A stretch of DNA of 64,000 bases, taken from positions 310,001 through 374,000 of the forward strand of contig AP026125.1 in assembly GCA_030295235.1 (NCBI GenBank), read 5' to 3'. This DNA is from Fistulifera solaris (taxonomy: Eukaryota). The notes beneath the pieces were generated by a model. It was not told the DNA's origin. It made no database searches and saw only the letters and a program-made list of their open reading frames with translations. The translations under genes were made by a program, and so were the position numbers. How positions within the stretch are numbered: the first letter of the stretch is position 1; the number at the start of each line of letters is the position of its first letter. Positions 12,861 to 25,836 of the stretch are shown in pieces.

Positions 12861-13104
12861 ATGATCATTGTAGATAAACTCTTCTTATACGTTCCGAATT
12901 TGACGCCAAGAAAGAATGATGAAGGACCGATGATTTTGGCTTGCTCCGCCGTCATGAGTCGCGAACACCAAACGTTGTTTTATACTTCCTCACGAAGTAT
13001 GTGTGCCGACCGACAGGGAGTCTTCGATCACCTGTATCCCAAGCGATTGTTGAAAAGTGTACGTTGAATGCCAAAAGACAAGTTTCGTCCGCCGTTGACT
13101 CACT

Positions 13105-13148
<44 letters not shown>

Positions 13149-14078
13149 GCTCAGACCTTGAAGGTTTCAATTACGCAAGGAGCGCATGTCTTTTCCAAGT
13201 ACATGACGGATCAAATCAAGGAGGATATGGAACGAGATGAAAAAGTAGCCAAGGGAATCATGACACGAGAACAAGCTGAAGAAGAATCAGAGCGATGGCA
13301 GCAGGTAAGTCACTCTTATCATTGCCAGCAAAGAACGTACGCGCAGTGATGGACGGTTTTTACACCGTTGCTGAAATCAGAATAGGGTACACAGGGCTCG
13401 GCCAGTGTGTACTCTGGAAGGATGAACACTTTTATCTTTGAGCGCTACATGTCTTGTTGGTGTCCTTCATATTCGTCGCGCCCGTTGTCTCACACGCTGC
13501 TACAGATCGAATGGAATTACCGCTTTCAAGAACTACCCCGTAAACTGATTATCGCCTTGTCCAAATATCACGCCATCATTTTGACCATGCGCTTGTATGA
13601 ATGGATTGCTTCGAAATGGGTTGACCAGGAAATGATGGATCGACTCACCATTGATACCTTTTTGTACGCGAAACGAAAATCCGAAGTCGAAGGAAAACGA
13701 GGAACCGAGCTGGCCCGGGAAATGTTTAGTGTGTCGTGGAGAGCCAATTTAATATCGTTTCTGGCGGACTACAGCGTGCATCAGGTCATTATGCTGTACG
13801 CGTACTATTGCTACGCGCAACAGAAGCGTCGAAAGTCCGAGGACGATTCAGTCGTGTCGATGCAATCCAATGATGACATGCCGCAGGGCCACTTGATCCT
13901 GTTTGCGGTGCGCAAGTCGACACTTTTGGGTTTGTCGCGGGGAATCGCTCTCGGTTTCTCTTCGATCGGCGCTGGTTTGGGGTCAATGATAGCCCCGTCC
14001 TGGGGTACACTGATTGGCACCAACTTGGGAGATGGTTTGGCAGCCTCGTTGACCGAAGATCTAGTGGATCATCCTTGA
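12861..14078 (+). CDS. Hypothetical membrane protein (3 exons) with C-terminal glycine-zipper-like helices
   Basis: ORF pieces 12852-13067, 13068-13349 and 13407-14078 link through gtacgt…cag and gtaagt…cag introns. C-terminus SSIGAGLGSMIAPSWGTLIGTNLGDG. Confidence 0.7.
13105..13149. repeat. (TTG)15 microsatellite inside intron 1 of the hypothetical gene
   Basis: Perfect TTG x15 lying just before the ctcag acceptor. Confidence 0.95.
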
Positions 14079-14165
14079 AATAATAAACACACAATAGTAT
14101 ATAATTTTTCAGTGCTAGTAGGTCTATATGAACAAGAGGCCGAATGCCACGCAGGACGGAAAACT

Positions 14166-15873
14166 TTAATCAATGAAGCGGTCATCCAGAGGATTGTCAA
14201 ACATATCGTGCCTGGGGGCAGCAAGCAAAACGGGTCTTCGTACTTCGAACAGCGTCAACTTCAACATATAAATGAACAGAAGTATGCAAGTCACCACCGC
14301 AAAGACCAACGTCTCATTGATGAACTTGAGTTTTGCGAGTGTCACGATGATTCCCATAATAACAAAAAAGATAATAACCATAGCGAACGGAGGTAAACCC
14401 GGCATCGGGTGATCGTCGCCATATATTTTGGCTCGTTGCTGGGCTTTTAATCGCTTTGCGACTACAAGAAGCATCAAAGCCGTCATGAATGTGGTCATGA
14501 TTGCCAGCAGAATAACATCGGACGTTGACCACTGATCCCGGCGGAAAAAGTCCAAGGCCTGACAATCACTATCGCACCAAACACCATATTTGTATATCCT
14601 TTGACACATGTTCCACTCTCCGATATCGTAGTAGTTATCATATAATTTCCGTTGCATCATATCCCTGTATTCCGCCCAAAAGTTATCATGATAAGCCTGC
14701 GATAGGTGGAACTTGTGTCAGTGTTTATGTCAAGTTAAAACGAGGCCGTACTCCGTACATCTTACCTGCAGATCGTGTTCTGACGCTGCAAGATTCCGAT
14801 TTCCGCCATCATCCGTCGCAACGTAATCATCTCCATTATTATTATTATTGTTGTTATAGCCCCCATCGTCGTTGGTCACGTCATCATTCGCAGCCAGGTA
14901 CTTGTCATCGAAATAGTCGTCTTGATACCGATCGTCCTGCTGCTGTTGCTTATCGTTCGCATTGTTGTTTTTGGAGTACTGATTGATTGAGTCGTCGTCA
15001 TACCAATTCCCATTCTTCTTGTTGAACGTATTGGATATTTCATCCGGTTGACAAGTGAGACAGGAGTAGAACGGTGGTTTGAACGAAATTTTGGTCGGAA
15101 TGTACATTTCCCCAACTTTGTATCCTTTCCGCGCGCGTTCTCGCGGCGTTTGGTAATCGTCGTACGGTATGGAACATTGCGCATCCATGTAAATGTGCAA
15201 TTCCAGCTTGGTCGACGTAAAGGTTTCCCGTTCCATGCAACCAATTTTCCCGTACAACTTCATTCCGGCGTACGTACTTTGTTTCAAGGCAATGCAATTG
15301 AGATAGGCGGCATCGGATGGCAATTGAAAGTTATATCCCTGAGTGATTGCCAAGTAATTGAAATAGGCTCTCATATAGTGAGCGATCGAAACAACAAATG
15401 TAGAGATTTCCGCAAAGTGACATTGGTAACTCTGATCGGTGCTGAACAGCTGATATTTAATCATGTGCCCATTGTTGCTGAAGAATTGTAGAATCAGTGA
15501 GGACGTGCTGTTCTCTCGCACCCGAGACAGACAGCTCGAAAGGCACTTACTAGTTGACACACGAAATGGGCATCACGCTCACACCCTCAAATCCAGCGGC
15601 CGGTGTCCAGTGAAATACATCATCGTCCGAATAACGAGTGATGCCATTGCCATTGTAGTAAGACTTTCCACCGTCATCGCCTCCAGCAGTATCGTCGTTG
15701 CTCTGACTGTAATAGTTGTTGTAAGCATAATTATTATTGTTCGATGCCGCGGTGAAGATACATTCTTGCGAAAGAAGCAGCAAGAATATCGACAATAGAA
15801 ATGTACTGCTATCACGCGATGATCGCCTTTGTAAACGGTGCCGTCTCATTTCGTCTTGTCTCCCGGATAGCAT
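14166..15873 (-). CDS. Silicanin/SiMat7-like diatom membrane protein (signal peptide, N/Q/D-rich lumenal domain, RXL motifs, 3 C-terminal TM helices), 3 exons
   Basis: Hydrophobic N-terminus FLLSIFLLLLSQECIFTA, N/Q-rich tracts, LYGKIGC…LELHIYMDAQCS Cys pattern, RNL and RKL motifs, three hydrophobic C-terminal segments. The family call comes from recalled motif similarity, not a search. Confidence 0.6.
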
Positions 15874-16446
15874 TTTTGATAAAAGTATTGTCGCTGCAGC
15901 GATGTTGTGGATTGCTTTTTCCGTTTCACTCGTCTCTTCCTTGTTGGCTCTTTTGCTCGATGTTGTTTATGTATGATTGCAACGCAATGATGAGCGCATT
16001 GCGCCATGGTTCGAAAGGGAGTGTCATGCTCGTTTTTATTTAGCGTTATAGGGCATTCGTGTTGAATATCTGCATATGCATTTTCTCCTAGTTCGACTAT
16101 ACGGTCCGCTCGCCAGCAAGCACGCGAGCGTTCTCTTGAACTATTTTATCAAACGTGTTATTTCCTATTTATTCTACGATAACGGCTGGTCCGATGTCCA
16201 ATACAAAAGAGTACCGGTGGACTTCCTTCCGGTACTTAATAAGTATAGAGACAGTCAAAAGCACGTTTCCTTGTTAATATAGCACTGTATTCGAGTCCCG
16301 TTTCATCGTCTTGTCTCTCCCGTATTCTGTTGCAGGCCAAAAGGCCAAGGGCCTTTCTTTCATTCTGTGGATGTCGACACTCACCCAATGTACTCACCTT
16401 CCGAACAAGCAAAACAAATAATAATATTCTATCATCATAGCAGACC

Positions 16447-17777
16447 ATGGGCAATCTACTGGGATCCCCCAATACCGAAAAGGAAACACACACGGGACGC
16501 ACACCGGACGGCATGCCGTTCGGTGTGTCGTCCATGCAGGGATGGCGGGTGCATATGGAAGACGCGCATATTACCGAAGTCCAATTACCAGCTGCTGAAA
16601 CGACTCTGAAGGGACACGCTTTGTTTGGTGTCTTTGATGGACACGGTGGTACCTTTGCGGCATTTTATGCGGGAAACAATCTAGCGCGGGTATTTTGTCA
16701 GCAACCAAAATGGATCGAGTACGCGAAACAGCAAGAAACGTCGTCACAAGAGGACTCTCTGCAATCGGGTGTACAATTACTGAAAGAAGCGTTACGGGAT
16801 GCATTCATTGAAATAGATAGAGAAATAGCTTTGGCGTTAAGGGGTCAGAAAGTCGCGGATGCGGTGGATGTCGATACAAATCATCAGCATCACTCCGACG
16901 ACGAAGATGCAATTCGCTTGCTGCAGGAAGAAGGTGACTCGGGGACGACGGCTTGCGTTGTGTTAGTGACTCCGCATTTTGTGATATGTGCCAACGCCGG
17001 TGACTCTAGATCGGTCATGTCCAAGCAAGGTGGACAGGTCGTCGAACTTTCGTTCGATCACAAACCTGACGACGAAGACGAGGAAAAGCGCATTCGGGCC
17101 GCTGGTGGATATGTTGCGGGTGGAAGAGTGGAAGGTAAGCGTTGTTCGTTTCGTTCTTGCGTCTCCTTGTTGTTCATGTATTCATTCACTCGCGTGTCTA
17201 TTTCAAGGCGACCTCGCCGTGTCCAGAGGGTTGGGTGATTTCCGATTTAAAAGCATGGAAGTTGTGATGGCATCGGTGGATGATTTGAAAAAGCTGGATG
17301 AAACGCAGGCTCTGGTCAGCCAACCGGAACAGCAAAAGTATCGCCGGTACCCGATATTATCGTACAGAACCGCGATGCATCCAAGGATGAATTCATAATC
17401 ATTGCCTGTGACGGTGTTTGGGATGTGAATACCAATGAAGAGTGTATCCGAATAGTGTCGGAGTTATTTGAAGAAGGGGAATCTGACGTGGGGTTGATTT
17501 GCGAAGAGGTAAGACAAATTCTGTAGAGTAGATTGAGATCATTGCGTTGGTTTATCATTCGGACCTTGACTGACTTCTTGGTCTTTAGTTATGTGATTTG
17601 TGCCTGAATAAAGGTAGCAAGGACAACATGACAGCACTTGTTGTGAAAATGGACGCTCAAAAGATTGGCGAGGGTGGTGGCGTCATGGCTCGGCGGCAAA
17701 AAAGGGAGGAGGACGAAGCAGAACGAAAGGCCGAAGAAGTCAATAGAAACAAAAAGACACTAGGCGCCAACCAATGA
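16447..17777 (+). CDS. Protein phosphatase 2C (PPM1A/PTC2-like), 3 exons
   Basis: MGNLLGSPNTEKET (N-myristoylation-type start), SMQGWRVHMED, FGVFDGHGG, ANAGDSR, LSFDHKP, LAVSRGLGD, IACDGVWD, GSKDNMT. Confidence 0.95.
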
Positions 17778-17907
17778 TTTCGACTTTCTTTGGCTTGAAA
17801 GGATTGTTTGACCTTTTGATTTTATACTACAGAGTGCAATTCTGCGATCATAATAACATGTTTCCAGTAACTATGGAGCTTAGACTATCCATCATTCTCA
17901 TATCCTC

Positions 17908-19986
17908 TTACTGCAACGAATCTTCCAGATAAGAATACTCGAAGCGAAAGTCTGTCTTGATTCGCGTGCACCAACCTGTTTCGTAGTCGAAATAGACGTA
18001 CGTGCCCTGCTCATACTCGTCGGTCGTAATTTTTGGTTCCTCGTGGCGTTGAAACCAAGTCATGTATTTCTTGTGAAAGCGCCAGCTTTGCTTCTTGAGC
18101 TCACGAGCAGCGAGGTATTGTTGGTACGTTCCTTGAGCATAATAAAAGATAAAAAACAGGCAATCAATCCCCAACTTCTCAAAAACGGCAGGATTTTCGA
18201 AAATCGCGGCAGGTGTAGTAGGATACGACGCGGGTGTTGGGTATGGATTCTGCGGGGTGTACTGTCGGCTTCTCTCATTTTCGGCATTGCCAGGCGATGT
18301 AAGGAAAGATTCGTTGAGCGTAGACAGGAAGGACGAGCCGAGATCAGCTGCTCCGGAACTCTGTGAAACGGATCCGCCCAAAGGAGCGTCAGCTCGTTCG
18401 GGACCTCCAAGGTTCATTCCACTCAAGCCACCACTAAGTAGTTCCATGCTGTTATTTGGAGGAAGCTGCATCTGCGAGTTCTGAAGAGTCTGCGCTTTTT
18501 GTTCGGCTGCTTGCTGTGCTTGCAACTTTGCAGCTTGCTGCGCCTCCTGTTGCTGGCGCATTTGAGCTTCTTGCTGCTGTCGTTTCAAAGCCTCTTGTTG
18601 CGCTTGCTGCTGTTGCTGCTGTTGAATTTGTTGTAGCCGAAGAGCTTCTTGTTGGCGTAACTGCTCCTCCTGTTGCTGGCGTGCCTGTTCCGCTTGTCTT
18701 GCTTGTTGCTCCCGAAGAATCTAGTTCGAGCACGCAAAGGTGAGATTGAAGCCTTAATTTACCTAGTTTCATCATATAAATACATACCTTTTGTTGACGT
18801 TCTTTCTCTTGCTCGCTCTCACGCTTCAGAATCGCTGCCATACTCGCTCCGGGTGCTGCTGTCGCTGGGGCTGGCGGTGACCTAACAACTGTCGCAGGTA
18901 CTCCATTTGGAACAGGTTGTGACGGTGTCGGTTTTGTCGGAGTAGCTTTCTCTTCTTCTTTAGCAGCTTCTTTTTCGGCATTTTTCTTATCTGCCTTACT
19001 GACCCGTGCTCTGCCTATCGTCAATGGTATTACAGACGCCACTGCCTTAGATTTGCCCTTCTTGTCTTTACTGCTACCCTTGGAGCTCAATGTCTCTGTA
19101 TCATCCTTGTCCTTTTTCACAGCAGCTTGCGCTAAACGATCCACGTTCACAACATCCAGGTCATCCAATCCCAGTGGCTCGTAAAAGAAGTCCATATCGT
19201 ACGCTGACATGTAGTCTTCATCAGCATATGAATCCATATAATAATCAAGATCCTCTTGGAAGGCATCTACTGTGTCAATATCCAGTCGGTCGTTGTTGAC
19301 GAGTCGAATGACACCTTCCAGCTTGCTGATGTGATTCTTGTGATTCAACACGTGATTTTGAAGCTCCTCGATTTTAGCTTTATTCGTCTTCTTTCCTTTA
19401 CCGCTCACTAGTTTTTCCAGTTCAAAATCGTGCTCTTCGACCATCTGACGCAAGCGTTCAATGTATTCCCCTAACCAACCAGTCGTATTGAGCTTGGCCT
19501 CTTCCGCAGGATCGAGTCGCTCTTCTCGAGCCAATCCCTCTTTCGAATACGTCTTCGTTTTCGTCTCCTTTTCGCAAATCTTGAATTGCTCCATCTTTTG
19601 TTCGATGCGTTTTCGTGCTTCCACCAGATCACCCTTGTCTTTCACTTCGGCACTTCCGATCCACGTCTTAATTTGATCACGCAAACGTTGCAGTTTCTTT
19701 ATTTCCTTCTTGAGATCCATTTCGTACTTCTCCTTCTGGTTCTGTTGCTCCGCCGAATACACTTTTTCCCAGATCTCGTCAAAGAGCAGCTCGCCCTCGT
19801 CGACTTTCTTCATGACCCGATCGATCTCGGCTGAATACAACAATAAATCAGTGCGTGAGTCAAAGAACCAGCGCCTATCATCCGCAACAGCGTTTTCAAT
19901 TAACAGCATTCAGGAAACAGTCACGCTCCGTTTCCTTTCCACCTCCACGACCCTCACTTACTTTGCAGCTTTCTTGCGTTCGACAT
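17908..19986 (-). CDS. CNOT3: CCR4-NOT complex subunit NOT3/CNOT3
   Basis: Mini-exon MSNARKLQ, then EIDRVMKKVDEG…QKEKYEMDLKKEIKKLQRLRDQIKTW (Not3 N-domain), a Q-rich linker and the NOT-box LFFIFYYAQGTYQQYLAARELKKQSWRFHKKYMTWFQRH. Confidence 0.95.
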
Positions 19987-20414
19987 TGTTGCTTATCCCC
20001 TACTTGTTTCAATTGAAATAATGATGTTTCTATAAATGGTAAAAAGGCTGAGTATTCTTGCCTATTGATCGACTCCTCATCGCCATGGTGCGTTTGCGGC
20101 AGGCACCGCAGGCACACCTCTTTGGGTTGCCGCAGCGGTAATAACGCGAGAAGATTTTCCGCAGAGGTCGGACGGAGGACAAACGTATACTGTGTCGTAA
20201 AGTGTAAGCGACGTTTCATCTCCGACTCAAAAGGGAATTTAGTCCCAAAATATTGCAACTATAGCCCCAATTAGTGTGAGCGCTTTTTCCACGACTACAT
20301 TCAGTCATGAATGAGCAACAACACCGCATTCTTTCTTAGTTTATTGCATTCATTTTAGCCTCTTAATGATCAAGTCTATTACAATTTGGTAGAACATATA
20401 AGCAAAGCCTTACA

Positions 20415-21179
20415 ATGACGGATAGTGGTCGCACTATAACTGGCTATTCCGGATCTGGTGAGTTCAAGAAGCGAGTATAATGGTGATTCGCGCTGGCATA
20501 TCGATCACGTGTCCGGTGACATTTTGTCTCATACGCCCGCATTTTAGATAATGGCATGACATTGTATTGCAAGGCTGGGCCGGATGGTCAAACGATCGGA
20601 GACTGTCCTTTCTGCCATGCGGTTCGGCTCGTGTTAGAAGAATTGCACCTCGACTATGAACTGATTCCGGCGACTGCGGAAACCAAGCCTCAATGGCTCT
20701 TGGATCATTTCGAAGGGAAAATGCCCGCGCTCCGTCACGGGAACATGTGCTACACCGAAAGTTCCGTTATCATTGACTATTTGCTCGGTCAGGACGAACT
20801 TTCGCAGGCCAACTGCAACGAAGCGGCGAATGCAGGCCTGTTTCCCGCCATTGCCAAGTACTTGAAACATACACCCGACAATGACGAGGAAGATGGCAAG
20901 TTACGAGACGATCTGAAAACAATATTGCAAAGAATGGATGCGCATTTGGACGGAAAAACATTCTGGAACGGCGAGAGCTTTACGCAAACGGATTGTAAGA
21001 TTGCCCCGCAACTGTATCACTTGCAATGTGGCGTCGCCGCCTTCCAGAAGGATATTGATTTGAATGAATATGCGAATGTCTCTAGGTATATGAAGAATCT
21101 TTTCGATCGGCAATCGTTCCGATCTACTACGTACTCCGCAGAGACAGTCGAGTGGGGATGGTCCAATGCGCGGAAGTGA
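20415..21179 (+). CDS. DHAR: Glutathione-dependent dehydroascorbate reductase (GST/DHAR family)
   Basis: KAGPDGQTIGDCPFC active site, KPQW, GKMPAL, DCKIAPQLYHL, GW C-terminus. A short upstream exon MTDSGRTITGYSGS joins in frame via gtgagt…tttag. Confidence 0.88.
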
Positions 21180-21340
21180 AAGGACCATCCAGGAAATGCC
21201 GCATTCGCACCACTTTTCTACTCCCCCGTTACCGTTGCCGAGTATTTAGAGATATTGGCCACCCTAAGTAATGAAATGATGATTAACTTTTTAACAATCT
21301 ATTGCACAACTACTTAACAATGGTGATAGCAGCCGCAAGC

Positions 21341-23854
21341 TCACATGAAATTTGATTCAAGTAGCCTGACATGCTCCATGTTGCGCAACTTGTCCTCTTC
21401 GAGCATGGCTATTCTCTCCCTTAAATTAGTTACCTCCTTTTCATAATCGCGAGCAATTGCCTTCAAAGATGCTTTGCGAACCTTGTTTTCGTCTTTACAT
21501 TGCGCGCGAGAAAGTTTCGCCCGCAATGCGTCGATCATTATCTCGGATTCAAAGAGTTGCGACTTTAAATCGATAATCGTGTTCGTCAATTCTCTGTTGC
21601 TTCTCACTTGATTTGTCACCTGACTCTTCGCCTCATCCAAGTCATTTGTTCTTTCGTCTAAACAAGACTGAAGCTTCTCTACAGTAGCGTCGAGATCATT
21701 CATTTTGTCGGATTTGAGACCGGCTTCTGCTTTCAGCAAATCATATTTATCTCTTTCAATTTTAAGCTGGCTCTGGAACTCATCAGTTTGCATCTTAAGT
21801 TTATTTTGAAACATGAGTACATCATCTTTCGCATAATTGACTTCGGCTTCCAAATAGTAGATTTTGCGGTTGATGAGCGGTAACTGGTCATCGAAATCGG
21901 ATATCTGTTGTTTTTTATGCAGAACATCTTGTTGCGCTTCGACGAGTTGCTGCTGTGTTTCGAGCAGCTTTTGACCGGTTTCTTGCAACTGAGACTTGAG
22001 CGACGAAATTTGTTCTTGAGCAGTTTTACGAATTTCCGTCAACTGATCGGTCAGCGTTTTTGCTAAGCAAGCGGAGTCTGCTAGTCTGGCTTGGAGTTCA
22101 TCCACCTGGGATTGCAAATCTCGACTAGCAGCTTCAGATTTGACGAGATTTTCATTCAACTTGTCGTTCATGTCCTTGCTGGACTCAAGGGTTTGCTCGA
22201 GGCTTTCAATCTTCCAAGTAGAATCATGCTGAAGAGAGGACAGTTGAGTGTCGCGTTCTTCTAGCTGGCTCTTTGTCATTTCTAATTCGGAGCGACACTC
22301 ATCACAAGTCGCCTGCAGCTTAGCGATAGCCTTCTTTAGCATACTTTGCTCTTCTGCAGTATCCGCCGCCGCAATTAATGCCTCATCCTTCAACAAAGCT
22401 AGTTCAGTCGCAGATTGCTTTAACTGGTTTTCCAAATTTCGGACTTGATCAGCATAGTGTGCTTCATAAAGAAGCTTTTGTTCGTTGAGATAAGAAATAT
22501 CATTCTCTAGTGATGCAACCTGAAATAGTGTTGATTCAAGCTGTGAATCCAAGACAGAAAGCTGGCCGTTAGTGTCAGCTTCTCTTTCTGCCAATTGAAA
22601 TTCCAGATAATCTCCTTTACTCCGCAATTCTTTTAGCTGTGTGTCAAGCTCCTTAATTTGCTCCTTAGCTGCTACATCCTCGCTGTTCTTTGTTTTCTTG
22701 AGCAGATTTAAGTCCCTTTGAAGCTTGTCCTTCTCCTCTAACGCTGCAGAAAGTTGGCTTTTGAGAGCAGATAATGTATTTTTTAAGATCTGGTTCTCCT
22801 TCTCAGCCGAAGCTAGTCGGATGCGAAAATGGTCGACCTCTTCTCGTAGAATTATTTCTTCCGTTGCTAAAGTGTATACTTTAGCTTCAAGTGCTTCGAT
22901 TGTTTGATTGTGTAAGCCCTTCATTGTGTTTATATCATTCTCTAAGCTTCCAATCTTTTCTACTTGCACGGCGCACTGTGCCGTGGCATCATCAAGATGC
23001 TTCTCTTTGTCGTGCAGTTTCTTTTTCAACACAGCGTTTTGCGCCACAATCGGGACTCGCATTGCCTTTTCCTCTTCGAGGGCCACCAATTTACTCTTAT
23101 AAAAATCATTCAATTGATTGGATACATTCAGTCGGCCTTCCGCTTCCAGCAAACGCCGCTGCACTCCTTCCAACACTTGAAGGTTTCTGTCTCGCTCGTC
23201 TCGCTCCGACTGTGCTCTGGCATCTTTTTCCTGTAATAACGATCTCAGTCTTGTTACTTCATTTTCCGTCTGACGTGAAGTTGTTGCAAGATCTTCTCGG
23301 GCGCGCTCTGCATGAGTCAACGCTAGCCGCAATTTCCCAGACTCGTTGTGCGCCACCGTGAGCTTTTCTTGAAGCTCTTCGATACGCTTATTGAAGCTCG
23401 ATACCATCTGTTCCAACTCATCTTCTACATTTTCTGCTTTTTGTCTCCATTGAAGAAGCTCTGATTCCAACTGTTGTACCTTCTCCTTGTACTCTAACTC
23501 TTTGTCAGCTCGATGCGTTTCCATCTGGACCACCTTTCGTTCGAGGAACTGATTTCGTTTTTGAGCTTCCTCCAGTTGACATTCGTATTGAGAAACAGTC
23601 GATTTGAGTTTGGCTTCGACAAGCTGTACCCTTCCCTCGGCGGCAAACGCTCGGTTTCGCATCGCACCGGCTAACTCCTCCAGTTGCGCGAGCTTCTGTG
23701 ATTGTTTTTCTTCGTCCACACGCTCATTTTCCGCGGTGTGCGTGTAGTGAGAGTAATGACAGTCTGCGGATACTTTTTCGGCATCTATGGTAGGTGTCGC
23801 GGATGATGAGGAAACTTCCGTGAAAGACGACATACTGTGACAGGGAGAGGGCAT
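21341..23854 (-). CDS. Large coiled-coil protein of unknown function (837 aa, single exon)
   Basis: Uninterrupted ORF with heptad-like E/K/Q/L richness throughout and no recognisable globular domain. Confidence 0.8.
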   Translation of the reverse strand: MPSPCHSMSSFTEVSSSSATPTIDAEKVSADCHYSHYTHTAENERVDEEKQSQKLAQLEELAGAMRNRAFAAEGRVQLVEAKLKSTVSQYECQLEEAQKRNQFLERKVVQMETHRADKELEYKEKVQQLESELLQWRQKAENVEDELEQMVSSFNKRIEELQEKLTVAHNESGKLRLALTHAERAREDLATTSRQTENEVTRLRSLLQEKDARAQSERDERDRNLQVLEGVQRRLLEAEGRLNVSNQLNDFYKSKLVALEEEKAMRVPIVAQNAVLKKKLHDKEKHLDDATAQCAVQVEKIGSLENDINTMKGLHNQTIEALEAKVYTLATEEIILREEVDHFRIRLASAEKENQILKNTLSALKSQLSAALEEKDKLQRDLNLLKKTKNSEDVAAKEQIKELDTQLKELRSKGDYLEFQLAEREADTNGQLSVLDSQLESTLFQVASLENDISYLNEQKLLYEAHYADQVRNLENQLKQSATELALLKDEALIAAADTAEEQSMLKKAIAKLQATCDECRSELEMTKSQLEERDTQLSSLQHDSTWKIESLEQTLESSKDMNDKLNENLVKSEAASRDLQSQVDELQARLADSACLAKTLTDQLTEIRKTAQEQISSLKSQLQETGQKLLETQQQLVEAQQDVLHKKQQISDFDDQLPLINRKIYYLEAEVNYAKDDVLMFQNKLKMQTDEFQSQLKIERDKYDLLKAEAGLKSDKMNDLDATVEKLQSCLDERTNDLDEAKSQVTNQVRSNRELTNTIIDLKSQLFESEIMIDALRAKLSRAQCKDENKVRKASLKAIARDYEKEVTNLRERIAMLEEDKLRNMEHVRLLESNFM

Positions 23855-24400
23855 GATAGGAACCAGTTCGATACGGTTTCTTAGCTGCGCACAGCCATCA
23901 CACTCTCAGCCAGACCCCGCTTGATTCAAATGAAAATCTATTCTGTGACGATGCTTCGGGAAACGGTTTGTAATCAATAATACAGCCTCTTTGGGCGGAC
24001 GCGATCTTCATGTTGAAAAGAAAGAAGAAAATCAAAGAATAATCGCTCTCGGTACTGAAAAACACTAAACGGAGCTTTGGGTATGAAATTTATGTACGAC
24101 TGTGTCAACCGAACGGCATTGACTCATATTCTGTAAATCGTCATAAATCAAGAAATAGTCATTATGTCTGCAACACAGACACATGAAGGTTTGGGGTTTG
24201 CGCGGTGTCGTGACTAAAATAATGATTTTCATTTTCACGATGATAATGCGCGATAACGTCGTCGTCTATAATATCATCTTTGCTGATGGCAATAATGAGG
24301 CTGATATAGTTATCATATTTTGATCTCATCTTAGAAAGTGAAATCCGTGAGACGAGAGAAGTACTACTCTACAAGGTTATCAGCGAGGCGACTTTTTAAA

Positions 24401-25836
24401 ATGACAAAATTCAATGCGCTTGAGACGCGCCGCGTCTCGCCACGCCTACCCTTCCCGACCTCGGTGTACATCTTCAATGGATTTTATGATGACCCCGAAC
24501 ACGCTCTGGGGAACAGCAGTCTGCTACAATTTTTTCGAAATTATTCCAATTCGCTGCTCCGTGACATACGTCTGGATTTTGTTGTGCGAGAAGCGGAAGA
24601 CGTCGGGGGCGATAAAAAATGGAGAGAGCACAAGCTGTATTCGCGGACCTTATCGTCGGGAATCATCCAACCGGTATGGCATCTTCTGAATGAGCAGATT
24701 GATATTTCGGAATTTTCTATAGACGCTTACGAGTCGATGATGCTTCGTTTCTTTGTCGGATCCGATGACTCGGCAACCCTGTGGCAACAGGTGCCCATCC
24801 ATCCGAGCAAACTCATCCGCATTGCCAAATTGCCGCAACCGGAGAAGCAGCAATTACCGTTAAATTTCATCGTCATTGAATACTCAGATGAAACACTCCG
24901 AACTACGTACCCACTGTACCGGCTCCTCGAGAGTAAAGGCAAGAAAGAAGAAATAGAGAGTTTACTCAACGTCAAATCCGAAGGTGAACTTGACGATGAC
25001 TACTTTGGTCGCTTTGAAGACAACGCCTTCAATGCGCTAGATCAAGTCTCAGCGAAGCAAACAAAAGTTATAGTGGATGAAGCTGACTTCCTTCTTCCGC
25101 AGATAGACAGAACATCTCCCATGAAACCCATTAGACACGACAAAATGGACGAATCGCTCGTTCCAAGTCATCCTATAAAACAGCATAAACGGGCGTTATT
25201 GTTACAAGCAGAAATCGAAGCCCAGAGAGAGGCTTTACTGAACGAGGTTAAAGAATTAGAAGCTGAATATCTTCTGATGAGTCACTGGGAGGCACAACTG
25301 ATCACGAAGAGTGACCAGATTCGCCAAGTCCACGAGGCGGTAGAGACCGAACGACAACACGGACTCGAAATCGCAGTGAAGCTTCAAACACAACAAATTC
25401 GCTTGGTACGTGAGCTGCAACAGATATATCCCATCACCATGTATGTGGCGGGCGACGGCCGTCACCGCTTTCGCGTTCGCGATTTAGAATTTCCGGCGAC
25501 GTTCCAGGACATGCTGATGGCACCCGAGGACGAATTATCAGCCGTGCTCGGGTATACTTGTCACCTTGTACATATGATCAGCAAGTATCTGTCCGTTCAG
25601 TTGCGGTACCGGCTGATTTGCCATAATTCCAGGTCCGGTATACAAGACGATCGAGCCTTGCTTTATCCTCTTTTTACGGGAGAAATGTTGACCGAGAGCA
25701 ATTTGAGCGTGGCTTTACTTTACTGCAACGTAATGTGGACTGCATCTGTCGAGAGAGGGATCTAGTTGTTGCACCCAAGCTCCACATATTGGGAAAGCTC
25801 AAGCGGATATACGAGCACGTTATCGACGGCTATTAG
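24401..25836 (+). CDS. UVRAG: UVRAG/VPS38-like subunit of PI3K complex II (ATG14/UVRAG domain); frameshift near 25675
   Basis: N-terminal C2-like segment (LYSRTLSSGIIQPVW), coiled coil, then LVRELQQIYPI…DELSAVLGYTCHLVHMISKYLSVQLRY…YPLF, followed in a shifted frame by FERGFTLLQRNV. Confidence 0.8.

Noticed and set aside
12941..13349. Poly-Cys, poly-Gln and poly-Val ORFs
   Set aside because: All are translations of the intronic (TTG)15 microsatellite.
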